Part shown: positions 40,856-51,100 of the stretch, piece by piece | How the letters are laid out: each line of letters begins with the position of its first letter | Position numbering within the stretch: the first letter of the stretch is position 1 | From: an uncultured bacterium | Lineage (GTDB): Bacteria; Actinomycetota; Acidimicrobiia; Spongiisociales; UBA5794 | Direction: 5' to 3' | DNA length: 64,000 nucleotides | Assembly (NCBI GenBank): GCA_963801165.1 | Contig: CAWDDT010000006.1 | Location: 160,001-224,000, forward strand | Translations under genes and position numbers: made by a program | Notes under the pieces: model-generated | What the model saw: the letters and a program-made list of their open reading frames with translations, nothing else | Told to the model about the DNA's origin: nothing | The model's database searches: none

Positions 40856-41228
40856 GGTCGCAGGCTAAGCGATGTGGCACCGTCGGGGGCGATATCGCGA
40901 CAGGCCGACGTCCCGGGCGCCCGACCCATATCCCGGTTGAGAAAGGGTGCACCTGAAGCAGATTCCCAGGCTATTGCCGGCCGCTACCCCATCGTCCTCG
41001 TCACCCCCGATCCAGGCTCCTCGTTGCATTCGCAGGCGCTGGGCCGCGTACCAACCGATGACGTCCTGAGCCTGTCCAGCCTGCCCGGGCCTTTCGGGCA
41101 TGTTTGAAGGGACTCGAAGGCTCGCTGCGGGGACATCCGACCCTAGCTACGCGTTCTGCTCTGACAGCAATATCGCCCACGGGCGTTTTCAGACTACGAC
41201 TTTTCAGACTACGACGAGGAGGGTCTAC

Positions 41229-42608
41229 ATGAGTTCGGTGTTGCTGTCCCGATGGCAGTTCGGCATCACCACGATCTACCACTTCCTGTTCGTCCCCTTG
41301 ACGATCGGGTTGGCGTTCCTGTTAGCGGTGATGCAGACGATCTATTACCGGACAGGCAATCCTCAATACAGGAGGATGACGAAGTTCTGGGGCAGACTGT
41401 TCCTCATCAACTTCGCGCTGGGTGTCGTGACAGGCATTGTCCAGGAGTTCCAATTCGGGATGAACTGGTCCACGTACTCGCGCTTCGTGGGCGACATCTT
41501 TGGCGCTCCGCTCGCGATCGAGGGACTGCTCGCCTTCTTCCTCGAGTCGGTGTTCATCGGTCTGTGGGTCTTCGGATGGGATCGGCTCAGCCCGAAGGTC
41601 CATCTCTTCTCTATCTGGATGGTGGCGCTGGGGACGAGCATCTCGGCGTTTTGGATCCTCGCTGCCGGGTCTTTCATGCAGAACCCGGTCGGGTACACCC
41701 TCAACTCCGTGACGGGTCGCGCCGAGCTCGACAACTTTGGTGCGGTGTTGACCAATGTGTCGCTGTGGGCGCACTTCCCGCACACTCTTTCTGCCTCTCT
41801 GGCCACGTCTGCGGCACTGTTGGTTGCGGTATCGGCGTGGCATCTGTTGCGCAACCGCGACGAGGATTTCTTCGTTGCTTCTGCCCGTTTCGGTATGACG
41901 TTCCTGCTCATCGGGGCACTCGCTGTCGCCTTCACAGGTCACAGCATGGGCCAGGTCATGACGGACGTCCAGCCGATGAAGATGGCATCGGCGGAAGCAC
42001 TCTGGGAGACGGAACAACCTGCGGGCTTCTCGCTATTTGCCGTCGGAGACATTCAGAATGGTCGCAACCGCATCAACATCCAGGTTCCCAAGTTGCTGAG
42101 CCTGTTTTCTGCCAACAATTTCTCAGCCGAAGTGAAGGGTATCAACCCACTCCAGGCTGAAATGGAGGCGAAGTATGGCCCGGGCAACTACATCCCCAAT
42201 GTGGGCCTGATCTACTGGACGTTCCGCATCATGGTCGGAGCGGGTTTCGCCATGATCGGCCTCGCTCTCTATGGGCTCTATTTGATCCGCAAGAAGAAAC
42301 TGATGAAGGTCGCCTGGTATCACAAGGTCGCCTTGTGGGCTCTGGCGCTTCCCTTCATTGCCAATGCCACAGGTTGGGTGATGACCGAAATGGGCAGACA
42401 GCCGTTTGTGGTGTACGGCCTGCTCAAGACCGACGACGCCGCCAGCGTCGCGGTCAGCTCGGGTGAGGTATTGACGACGCTAATCGGCTTCACCGTGCTC
42501 TACGGCGTACTCGCATTCGCCGACTTCTACCTGATGGCAAAGTATGCCAAGGCCGGTCCTGACCCCGACATGGATGAGGCTCAAATCGCAGCCTCCATGG
42601 CCTACTGA
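41229..42608 (+). CDS. cydA: Cytochrome bd ubiquinol oxidase subunit I
   Basis: SRWQF...HFLFVP, GIVQEFQFG, AFFLES, QPMKMASAE, EMGRQP. Confidence 0.96.
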   Translation: MSSVLLSRWQFGITTIYHFLFVPLTIGLAFLLAVMQTIYYRTGNPQYRRMTKFWGRLFLINFALGVVTGIVQEFQFGMNWSTYSRFVGDIFGAPLAIEGLLAFFLESVFIGLWVFGWDRLSPKVHLFSIWMVALGTSISAFWILAAGSFMQNPVGYTLNSVTGRAELDNFGAVLTNVSLWAHFPHTLSASLATSAALLVAVSAWHLLRNRDEDFFVASARFGMTFLLIGALAVAFTGHSMGQVMTDVQPMKMASAEALWETEQPAGFSLFAVGDIQNGRNRINIQVPKLLSLFSANNFSAEVKGINPLQAEMEAKYGPGNYIPNVGLIYWTFRIMVGAGFAMIGLALYGLYLIRKKKLMKVAWYHKVALWALALPFIANATGWVMTEMGRQPFVVYGLLKTDDAASVAVSSGEVLTTLIGFTVLYGVLAFADFYLMAKYAKAGPDPDMDEAQIAASMAY

Positions 42609-42621
42609 GGAGGCGACGACT

Positions 42622-43647
42622 ATGGATATTTGGAACCTGAACACACTCTGGTTCGCTCTGATCGCCGTGCTCTGGGTGGGCTACTTCTTCCTCGAGGGCT
42701 TCGACTTCGGGGTGGGGATGCTGCTCCCATTCGTGTCAGACGATGATCTGGATCGCCGTGTTGTCATCAACACGATCGGCCCGGTCTGGGATGGAAACGA
42801 GGTATGGCTACTGGTTGCCGGGGGCGCCACATTCGCCGCATTCCCGGAGTGGTACGCCACGCTGTTCAGCGGCTTCTACCTGCCGCTGTTCTTGATCCTG
42901 GTTGCTCTGATCATCCGCGGGGTCGCCTTCGAGTTCAGAGGGAAGGAAGACAGCGCCCGCTGGCGGGCGACGTGGGATTGGGCAATCGTCATCGGCAGCT
43001 TCCTGCCTGCATTGCTGTGGGGCGTTGCATTTGCCAACATCTTGCGGGGTGTGCCGATCGAGATGGTGAACGGGTACCACGAGTACACGGGCGGTTTCTG
43101 GAACCTCCTCAACCCATATGCGCTTGTCGGCGGCCTGGCCTCCCTATCGCTATTCCTCCTCCATGGGGCATTGTTCCTGTCGTTGAAGACCGAAGGAACA
43201 GTCAAGGACCGTGTCGATGCGTTGCTACGGCTTCTCGCCTGGCCTGCGGTCGGGCTGGTGCTCGCCTTCATGGTCTGGACCTATATCGATCTCGGCGAAG
43301 GCCTGATCCCTGGTCTGCTCCCGCTGCTTGCCGTCGTAGGGCTTGTTGCCATCCCGTACCTGGCGCTTGGCAAGAAGAACGGATGGGCGTTCATTGCTAC
43401 CGGTGCGGCAATAGCCCTCATTGTGGCGACTCTGTTCATCATCCTTTACCCGAACGTGCTCCCTTCGAGCGTCGATGCGGCTGCCAGTCTCGACGTGTAC
43501 AACGCAGCCTCCACGAACCTGACACTGAAGGTAATGACTGTCGTCGCGGTGATCTTCACGCCGGTGGTCCTGGTGTACCAGAGCTGGACCTACTGGGTGT
43601 TCCGCAAGCGCATCGGACGCGAGACCCTCAGCCCGGCCAGCCATTGA
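42622..43647 (+). CDS. cydB: Cytochrome bd ubiquinol oxidase subunit II
   Basis: LEGFDFGVG, GPVWDGNEVWL, RGVAFEFR, YQSWTYWVFR. Confidence 0.96.
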   Translation: MDIWNLNTLWFALIAVLWVGYFFLEGFDFGVGMLLPFVSDDDLDRRVVINTIGPVWDGNEVWLLVAGGATFAAFPEWYATLFSGFYLPLFLILVALIIRGVAFEFRGKEDSARWRATWDWAIVIGSFLPALLWGVAFANILRGVPIEMVNGYHEYTGGFWNLLNPYALVGGLASLSLFLLHGALFLSLKTEGTVKDRVDALLRLLAWPAVGLVLAFMVWTYIDLGEGLIPGLLPLLAVVGLVAIPYLALGKKNGWAFIATGAAIALIVATLFIILYPNVLPSSVDAAASLDVYNAASTNLTLKVMTVVAVIFTPVVLVYQSWTYWVFRKRIGRETLSPASH

Positions 43648-43651
43648 ACCC

Positions 43652-43691
43652 TACCGGCGGTGCACCCGGGTCTCCCGGTGCACCGCCGGTA
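43652..43691 (+). terminator. Strong hairpin between cydB and cydD
   Basis: TACCGGCGGTGCACC-N10-GGTGCACCGCCGGTA, 15-bp perfect stem, no U-tract. Confidence 0.6.
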
Positions 43692-43717
43692 CGCATTCTT
43701 GCTGCTGAAATAGCCCC

Positions 43718-45352
43718 GTGACCACACGAGCCGTTGACATCCGTCTCATGGAGCGCGGGCGGGGCGCCCTGCCCATGCTCGTCGCCACCGTTGCCAGTGG
43801 CGTGGCGACTGCCCTGCTGGTCCTCGGTCAGGCGGTCATCCTCGCATCCATCATCAACCGTGTGTTCCTGGGCAAGGAGACACTCACCGACGTCAGCGGG
43901 AACCTCCTGCAACTGGCACTTCTGTTCGTTGCCAGGGCTCTCACCGTCTGGATACGCCAGGTGTTCGCGGCAAGGGCGGCGGTTGCAGTCAAGCGCAGCC
44001 TGCGGCGTGACCTGATCGCTGCCGTGTTGCGCCGCGGCACGAGGGCCGGCGACGCCGGCGGCGAACTGGTCGTTCAGGTAGTCCAGGGGGTCGATGCACT
44101 CGACCCCTATTTCGCCCGCTACCTCCCCGAATTGATCCTGGGGGCGATCGTGCCGCTTGTCGGCGTCATCTGGGTGGCAACCATCGACCGCCTCTCCGCG
44201 GGGATCCTGCTCGTGACGGTCCCTCTCATCCCGGTGTTCATGATCTTGATCGGCAGCATCGCCGACGAGCAAACAGCGAAGCGCTGGAGACGACTGCAGT
44301 CACTGGCCGGGGCGTTCCAGACGATGGTCCGGGGAATGACAGTCCTTCGAGTTTTTGGACGCACCCGCGATTGGCTCGAGCGTCTACAGGAGAGCTCCGA
44401 GGACCTTCGCCGCGAGACGATGGCGACACTCCGAATCGCCTTCCTGTCCGCACTCGTACTCGAGCTGATCGCCACAATCAGTACGGCCCTGGTGGCAGTA
44501 GCCGTCGGCATCCGTGTCGTTTATGGGCAGATCGATTTCCAACCGGCCTTTACCGTCCTCATTATCGCGCCGGAGATCTATCTACCGCTGCGGCGGGTCG
44601 GCGCTGAGTTTCACGCAGCCATGGAGGGTGTGAAGGCATCGGGATCGGCATTCGACCTCATCGCGCAAGAACAGGAGCCGACGGGCGCCATTCCGGCACC
44701 CGATGCCGCGACGTCGACCATCACCCTCGATCGGGTGTCCGCCGTCTCCGGCGGACGCACTCTTCTGGCAGATCTTTCGCTACAAATCGAGCCGGGCGAA
44801 TTCGTAGCACTCGTCGGGGAATCCGGAGCCGGCAAAACCACACTGCTCCGTTTGCTCATGGGGTTTGCCGCACCAGCTGGAGGCCGCATCTCGGTCGGTG
44901 GCATCGACCTCTCCGAGGTTGAGCTGCGCGGATGGTGGGATCAAATCTCATACTTACCACAGGAACCATTCTTCAGATCGGGGAGCATCCGGGACAACGT
45001 CCAGCTGGCAGATCCGCATGCTTCGGATGCGCGCCTCTGGCACGCACTCGATGTCTGCGGGCTTGCAGATTTCGTCAAGTCCCTTCCCCAGGGGCTCGAC
45101 ACCGGCGTGGGTGAGGGAGCAAAGCTGCTCAGCGCCGGGCAACGTCGCCGGCTCGCCCTTGCTCGTGCATTCGTTCGTCGGTCTCCCATCGTTCTGCTCG
45201 ACGAGCCCACCGCGAATGTGGACGCGACCACTCGAGCGGTGCTCGGTAGCGCGATCAAGAAACTGAACGAAAGCGGGACCGTAATCGCCGTGTTGCACGA
45301 TCGCGAGATGGCGGACCTCGCCGACCGGTGTATCGAGGTGACCCCGGAATGA
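43718..45352 (+). CDS. cydD: Thiol reductant/heme ABC exporter subunit CydD
   Basis: YFARYLP, TMATLRIAFLS, APEIYLPLR...FHA, GESGAGKT, LSAGQ. Confidence 0.92.
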   Translation: MTTRAVDIRLMERGRGALPMLVATVASGVATALLVLGQAVILASIINRVFLGKETLTDVSGNLLQLALLFVARALTVWIRQVFAARAAVAVKRSLRRDLIAAVLRRGTRAGDAGGELVVQVVQGVDALDPYFARYLPELILGAIVPLVGVIWVATIDRLSAGILLVTVPLIPVFMILIGSIADEQTAKRWRRLQSLAGAFQTMVRGMTVLRVFGRTRDWLERLQESSEDLRRETMATLRIAFLSALVLELIATISTALVAVAVGIRVVYGQIDFQPAFTVLIIAPEIYLPLRRVGAEFHAAMEGVKASGSAFDLIAQEQEPTGAIPAPDAATSTITLDRVSAVSGGRTLLADLSLQIEPGEFVALVGESGAGKTTLLRLLMGFAAPAGGRISVGGIDLSEVELRGWWDQISYLPQEPFFRSGSIRDNVQLADPHASDARLWHALDVCGLADFVKSLPQGLDTGVGEGAKLLSAGQRRRLALARAFVRRSPIVLLDEPTANVDATTRAVLGSAIKKLNESGTVIAVLHDREMADLADRCIEVTPE

Positions 45353-47010
45353 GGAGAATCCATCTCCTCATCGGCAAGCGCTCCGGGCAGCTCGCGTTTG
45401 CCGTGCTCATGGGCGTTGGCACAATCGCCTCGAGCATCGGCCTGCTCACCACATCCGCCTACCTCATTTCGCGGGCGGCTCTGCTTCCGCCCATCGTTGA
45501 TCTCTCTACCGCTATCGTCGGCGTTCGTTTCTTTGGCATCAGCCGGGGCGTCTTCCGCTACGGGGAGCGACTCGTCTCTCATGACCTGAGCCTCCGCGTC
45601 TCCGGCCGGCTCCGGATCCGTATGGCCGGAGCGCTTGCCCGTCTCTTGCCGGCCGGTCTCGAGAGCACACATACCGGCGATCTGCTGCAGCGGATCATCA
45701 GCGATGCAGACGCCTGGCAGCATGTCATCACCCGGGTGGTGATTCCCCCGATGATCTCGACGCTGGTGATCGCAGGAGTGTTCGGGTTCGCCTCGCTACT
45801 TCTGCCGGAGGCGGGGCTCGTATTGCTAGCCGCTCTCCTGGTAGCGGGCCTTGTCCTGCCGTGGCTGGCCGGGCGGCTCGGGCGGTGGAGCGAAAGCGAG
45901 GTCGGAGACGACCGCCGTCGATTGGCGGAGGCCACCGTCGAAGTCATCGACGGAGCACCCGAGATCGTCGCATATGGCCGGGAAGACCTGTTTCTCGACG
46001 AGATGGCGGAGATCGAAGATCGTCTGGAACAGAAAGCCATTCGCACGGCATGGGTCGCCGGTCTCACTGATGCGCTGTTGTTGCTCATCATCGGGTGCGC
46101 CGAGGTGGGAATGCTCATCGTGTCCATTCCCGCCGTCACCGACGGGCGTCTCGGTGGTGTGCAGCTTGCGGTGGTGGCGATGCTTGGCCTCGTCTCGTTC
46201 GAGGCGGTTCAGGAATTGCCCCGGGCGTACCTGAGTCTTGGCGCCAGTGTGGAGGCTATCGCCCGCGTCGACGCCGTCTTGGAAGCGACGGCGCCGGTAG
46301 CGGATACGGTGAGCCCGGAGCCCATGCCGGAACGGCCCGCATTGTCTTTGCGTGGGATCCACCTGCAATATGCGTCCCGCCCTGCCGCCACGCTGGGTGA
46401 ATTGGATCTTGATCTCCCGTTCGGCAGTCGCACCGCACTGATAGGTGAGAGCGGAGCAGGCAAGACCTCGGTTGCCCACCTACTCCTCCGCTTTCGGGAT
46501 CCCGACTCAGGTCAGTACCTCGTCGATGGTCTCGCCGCCTCACGAATCGATCCCGACGAACTACGCAAGCGCGTTGGCCTGGTCGATGATCGGGCCTTCA
46601 TCTTTGCCACCTCAGTGCGAGAGAACTTGCTGGTCGCCGATCCGCACGCCGGGACGGAGCGACTGGAGGAAGCCTGCGGGCTGGCAGGTCTCACTGGTTG
46701 GGTGCAGCAACTCCCGGACGGCATCGATAGCCTGATCGCCGAATCGACCATCTCCGGCGGCGAACGCCGGAGACTGGCGATCGCCAGGGCCCTGCTTGCC
46801 GATTTTGCGGTCCTCATTCTCGATGAGCCCACCGCAGGGCTCGATCAGGCCACCGCAGGAGCCGTAATGGCTGACATCCTGGCTGCCACTGTCGGGAAGA
46901 CGGTGTTGCTGATCACCCATCGTGAGGAAGGGATCGAGGCGATGGATACCGTGGCGACACTCAGCTCTGGTCGTATCTCGCTTCCGCCAGACGACACGGT
47001 CGCTACGTGA
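45349..47010 (+). CDS. cydC: Thiol reductant/heme ABC exporter subunit CydC
   Basis: SAYLISRAA, VRFFGISR..FRYGERLVSHD, GESGAGKT, ISGGERRR. Confidence 0.92.
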   Translation: MRRIHLLIGKRSGQLAFAVLMGVGTIASSIGLLTTSAYLISRAALLPPIVDLSTAIVGVRFFGISRGVFRYGERLVSHDLSLRVSGRLRIRMAGALARLLPAGLESTHTGDLLQRIISDADAWQHVITRVVIPPMISTLVIAGVFGFASLLLPEAGLVLLAALLVAGLVLPWLAGRLGRWSESEVGDDRRRLAEATVEVIDGAPEIVAYGREDLFLDEMAEIEDRLEQKAIRTAWVAGLTDALLLLIIGCAEVGMLIVSIPAVTDGRLGGVQLAVVAMLGLVSFEAVQELPRAYLSLGASVEAIARVDAVLEATAPVADTVSPEPMPERPALSLRGIHLQYASRPAATLGELDLDLPFGSRTALIGESGAGKTSVAHLLLRFRDPDSGQYLVDGLAASRIDPDELRKRVGLVDDRAFIFATSVRENLLVADPHAGTERLEEACGLAGLTGWVQQLPDGIDSLIAESTISGGERRRLAIARALLADFAVLILDEPTAGLDQATAGAVMADILAATVGKTVLLITHREEGIEAMDTVATLSSGRISLPPDDTVAT

Positions 47011-47193
47011 GCCTCGCGGGTGTGACGTGTGGTCGCGGACATCGGCGTTAGCGTCGGCGGGCCCGATACCGCGACCGGCCGACGGCTTCCCCGTTCGGCC
47101 GAGTCAGACAGTAGGGCTTTGCTCAGCTAGCCTCGACTCCGGCTTCGCTCGCTCCATGTGCAAGCTGTTGATGGCGCCGGCAAGGGAGACAAT

Positions 47194-49635
47194 GTGCGAT
47201 TCGGGCATTTTGACGATTCGGCCAGAGAATACGTAATTGAACGGCCGGACACCCCTCTCCCCTGGTTCAACTATCTCGGAACCGACACCTACTTCGGCCT
47301 GATCTCCAACACCGCCGGCGGCTACTCGTTCTACAAGGACGCCAGGCTGCGCCGGATCTCCCGATATCGCTACAACAACGTGCCTTTCGATTTTGGTGGG
47401 AGGTACATGTACGTCAGGGACAACGATTCCGGTGAGTTCTGGTCCCCGAGCTGGCAACCGGTTCGAATCCCGGTTGACGACTACTCCTGTAGGCATGGGA
47501 TGGGCTACACCATCATCGGGTCGGCACGTTCGGGGATCCGAGCCGACACCCGATATTTCGTGCCACCCGGCGAGAACCTCGAGATCTGGGATCTGACCGT
47601 AGTCAACCAGAGACAGACGACCGCCGGGCTGGCCCTGTTTGGAGCGATCGAGTTTGCCCTTTGGGATGCCCAGGACGACATGACCAACTTCCAGCGGAAC
47701 TTCAACACCGGTGAAGTAGAGGTTGAGGGTTCCGTCATCTATCACAAGACCGAGTACCGGGAGCGGCGGGATCACTTCGCATACTTCGCATGCTCGGAGG
47801 CAACCGCCGGCTTCGACACCCAACGTGAGGCCTTCCTCGGCCCTTACCGGGGCTGGGATGATCCGGCGGCGGTTGGTTCCGGAGCGGCAACAAACAGCAT
47901 TGCCCACGGCTGGTCGCCTATCGGCGCTCACCAGGTGACAATCTCGCTAAAGCCCGGGGAGTCGAAGCGAGTCATCTTCCTCCTCGGCTACGCGGAGAAC
48001 CCCCCGGAGGATAAGTTCGACCCGGCAGGCTCAACGGTCATCAACAAACGCCGGGTGACACCGGTGATCGATGAGTACTCGAGCGGAGATCGGGTCGACG
48101 CGGCGTTCAGCGCGCTGGCACAGGAGTGGGACAGGTTGCTGGGGCTATTCCAGGTGGAGACCCCCGACGCGGCCACCAACCGGATGGTCAACATCTGGAA
48201 CGCCTATCAGAACATGGTCACGTTCAACCTTTCCCGGTCGGCATCCTTCTATGAGTCCGGTGTTGGTCGGGGCCTCGGTTTCCGGGACTCGAACCAGGAT
48301 CTCCTCGGTTTTGTCCACATGGCCCCGGCCCGGGCCCGTCAGCGGGTCCTCGATCTCGCCGCAACCCAGCTCGCCGACGGCGGTGCGTTCCACCAATATC
48401 AGCCGTTGACCAAACGAGGAAATGACGCGGTTGGCTCCAACTTCAACGACGATCCGCTCTGGCTCGTCCTGGCTGTGGTGGCCTACGTGAGGGAAACCGG
48501 GGACGAGTCGATCCTCGGTGAGCCGGTCGTCTACGAGAACACGCCGGGGACGGAACAGCCCCTCCTCGATCATCTGGTTCGTTCCCTCGAATTCACCCTC
48601 ACCCGCCTCGGGCCCAACGGGCTGCCCTTGATCGGGCGAGCGGACTGGAACGATTGCCTCAATTTGAACTGTTTCTCCGACGAGCCCGGCGAATCGTTCC
48701 AGACGACAACCAGCAGGGACGGCAAGACGGCCGAGTCGGTGATGATCGCCGGTCTGTTCTGCGCCGCGGCAGCAGACATGGTCGATCTGGCGCGGCACAT
48801 TGGCCGGCTCGATCTCGCCGGGGTCTATGCGGCGGCGCGCACCGCAATGCTCGAGACCATCGAAGGACCGGGCTGGGACGGCGAATGGTTCGTGCGGGCT
48901 TACGACGACTTCGGACGTAAGGTCGGGTCGGCAGAATGCGACGAGGGCAAGATATTCATCGAGTCACAGGGGTGGTCGATCCTCGGCGGCGCCGGGCTGA
49001 GCAATGGGATGGCACAAAAGGCGCTCGATGCGGTGGCGAGGCACCTGGCGACGGACCATGGAATCGTCCTCAATCAACCCGCGTACACCTCCTACCACCT
49101 CGAACTCGGAGAGATCACCACTTACCCGCCCGGGTACAAGGAGAACGCCAGCATCTTCTGCCACTCCAACCCGTGGATCATGGTTGCCGAGACAAGAGTC
49201 GGCAACGGTGACCGTGCCTTTGACTACTACCGGCGAATCTGCCCTGCCGTGCGCGAGGAGATCAGCGAAGTGCACCGGGCAGAGCCGTATGTCTATGCGC
49301 AGACAATCGCGGGAAGAGATGCCCCCACCCATGGTGAGGCGAAGAACTCGTGGCTCACAGGAACCGCAGCCTGGAACTACGTAGCCATCACCCAGGCGAT
49401 CCTGGGCATCCGCCCTGGGTTCGACGGTCTCGAGATACAGCCCGTGCTGCCGACATCCTGGCCCGGTTATACGGCAACCCGGGTCTTTCGTGGCGTCACC
49501 TACGAGATCAGCGTTTCCCGTAGCGCCCCGGGCGGAGCGAACTCGCTCACCGTTGCTGGCCGGGCGGTAGAGAGCATCACGATCCCGATGCCTGGTCCCG
49601 GCGTTGAACGTGTGACCGTCGCCGTGGGGCTCTGA
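47194..49635 (+). CDS. GH94 glycoside phosphorylase (cellobiose phosphorylase-like)
   Basis: RFGHFDDSAREYVI, PWFNY, GLGFRDSNQD, RADWNDCLN, KENASIFCH, SWLTGTA. Confidence 0.92.
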   Translation: MRFGHFDDSAREYVIERPDTPLPWFNYLGTDTYFGLISNTAGGYSFYKDARLRRISRYRYNNVPFDFGGRYMYVRDNDSGEFWSPSWQPVRIPVDDYSCRHGMGYTIIGSARSGIRADTRYFVPPGENLEIWDLTVVNQRQTTAGLALFGAIEFALWDAQDDMTNFQRNFNTGEVEVEGSVIYHKTEYRERRDHFAYFACSEATAGFDTQREAFLGPYRGWDDPAAVGSGAATNSIAHGWSPIGAHQVTISLKPGESKRVIFLLGYAENPPEDKFDPAGSTVINKRRVTPVIDEYSSGDRVDAAFSALAQEWDRLLGLFQVETPDAATNRMVNIWNAYQNMVTFNLSRSASFYESGVGRGLGFRDSNQDLLGFVHMAPARARQRVLDLAATQLADGGAFHQYQPLTKRGNDAVGSNFNDDPLWLVLAVVAYVRETGDESILGEPVVYENTPGTEQPLLDHLVRSLEFTLTRLGPNGLPLIGRADWNDCLNLNCFSDEPGESFQTTTSRDGKTAESVMIAGLFCAAAADMVDLARHIGRLDLAGVYAAARTAMLETIEGPGWDGEWFVRAYDDFGRKVGSAECDEGKIFIESQGWSILGGAGLSNGMAQKALDAVARHLATDHGIVLNQPAYTSYHLELGEITTYPPGYKENASIFCHSNPWIMVAETRVGNGDRAFDYYRRICPAVREEISEVHRAEPYVYAQTIAGRDAPTHGEAKNSWLTGTAAWNYVAITQAILGIRPGFDGLEIQPVLPTSWPGYTATRVFRGVTYEISVSRSAPGGANSLTVAGRAVESITIPMPGPGVERVTVAVGL

Positions 49636-49659
49636 GCCAACCTGGAGGACGCCGGTCGC

Positions 49660-50769
49660 TCAGACCGGGGCGCCGGCAAGTTCGAGAAGGCGCTGAAATA
49701 GGTCCCGGACCTCCGCGTCGGCGAAATCGCCCGCTGCACTGCCGATGGTGAACTCGGACTTGGTGACGCCGGGTACTCCGGTCTCCTCCAACCAGCCGAG
49801 CAGCTCGACATCCGCCTCCTCGATGAGCTGTCGGTGTGCCGCACGCAGCCGCTCCCTGTCGCCCTCGATGAAGACGTGCATCATATTCGTATGCGGCGGA
49901 TTGGGAGTCACCGAGATACCGGGTAGCGAGCTGAGGATTGCGGCGATGGCAACGGCTCTGTCGTGGTACTCCCGCATTCGGTCCAGATGCTTGTCGAGCC
50001 CCAGATCCGCCGAAATTGCCAGTGGATACATGTGCGCGAGATTGCCCCCGTGCCGGCGAAGCCAAACCCTGGCATTGTCGATGAGGTCCTGTGGCCCGGC
50101 GAGGGCCGCACCGTCGATACCCCCGAGGATCTTGTAGAACGACACGTAGACCGAGTCGAAGAGACCGGCGATATCGGCATACGTCCTGCCGTAGAACGGC
50201 TGCGACTCCCAGAGCCGCGCACCATCCATGTGGGCGACCACGGACCGATCGTGAGCCCAGGACGTCATGGCGACCAGGTCATCCCAGGGGGGCAGCCATC
50301 CGCCGATCTCGCGCTGTGGCAATTCGAAGAGTATTGCCGCTACCGGCTCGGGCATCGCTTCGAGATCGTCGAGAGTGAACAGGCGATCACTGCGGCCGAG
50401 CAGCGTTGCCGACAGTCCGTGTATGCGTCTGTAGGCGTCTTGCTCGTGTAGCTGCAGATGGCAGGTGGGGTGAAATGCCACCTGAGATAGGCCGGCACGG
50501 TCGCACCAGATGCGCAAGGCGATCTGTTGGGCCATCGTGCCGCTCGGCATCAGGACTGCAGCCTCCTTGCCGAGCAGGTCGCTCACACGCCGCTCCAACC
50601 GGGCCACGACCTCGCCGGCACCGTACATGTCTTGTTCGATGTCCGGGTCGGTTGCTTCCGCAAGGTGTGTCAGGATCTCGCGGGCGCTGCGGCGTGGATG
50701 GTGGGTCAGACGGCGCGACCCCTTCGGCTCTCGCTCGTCCGGCGGGGCGCTCCGATCGTCTGTCTTCAT
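49660..50769 (-). CDS. Low-specificity threonine aldolase / beta-eliminating lyase family (PLP)
   Basis: MPSGTMAQQ, HMDGARLWE, SVYVSFYK; start approximate. Confidence 0.85.
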   Translation of the reverse strand: MKTDDRSAPPDEREPKGSRRLTHHPRRSAREILTHLAEATDPDIEQDMYGAGEVVARLERRVSDLLGKEAAVLMPSGTMAQQIALRIWCDRAGLSQVAFHPTCHLQLHEQDAYRRIHGLSATLLGRSDRLFTLDDLEAMPEPVAAILFELPQREIGGWLPPWDDLVAMTSWAHDRSVVAHMDGARLWESQPFYGRTYADIAGLFDSVYVSFYKILGGIDGAALAGPQDLIDNARVWLRRHGGNLAHMYPLAISADLGLDKHLDRMREYHDRAVAIAAILSSLPGISVTPNPPHTNMMHVFIEGDRERLRAAHRQLIEEADVELLGWLEETGVPGVTKSEFTIGSAAGDFADAEVRDLFQRLLELAGAPV

Positions 50770-50864
50770 GTCGGGCTCCATCTGATGCTGAGCGCACCGT
50801 ACACCGGGCGACCACATCGGCGGTGCGTTGACAAGTGGACGCCCGATCCATCCCTCGACCCCAC

Positions 50865-50906
50865 CACGACTATCCGGGCACGACTTTCCGGGCACGATTA
50901 TCCGGG
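50865..50906. repeat. 14-bp tandem repeat, 3 copies, in a divergent intergenic region
   Basis: CACGACTATCCGGG / CACGACTTTCCGGG / CACGATTATCCGGG. Confidence 0.85.
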
Positions 50907-51100
50907 GAGACACCGAATACCTCGTTCCAAGACGCGCAAACGAGCAGGCAACAGCGGCCGAGTCGGGCCTTAGAACGAGCAAGGATGAGAAGCGGCGCCA
51001 GCCGTGCGCGTTGCTGCAAAGGGATACCATCACTCTCAGCGCAAGAGAATCTCCGACGAGAGTTCAAGATGCGAGCACCGCCATCGACGGGAGAGCACAG

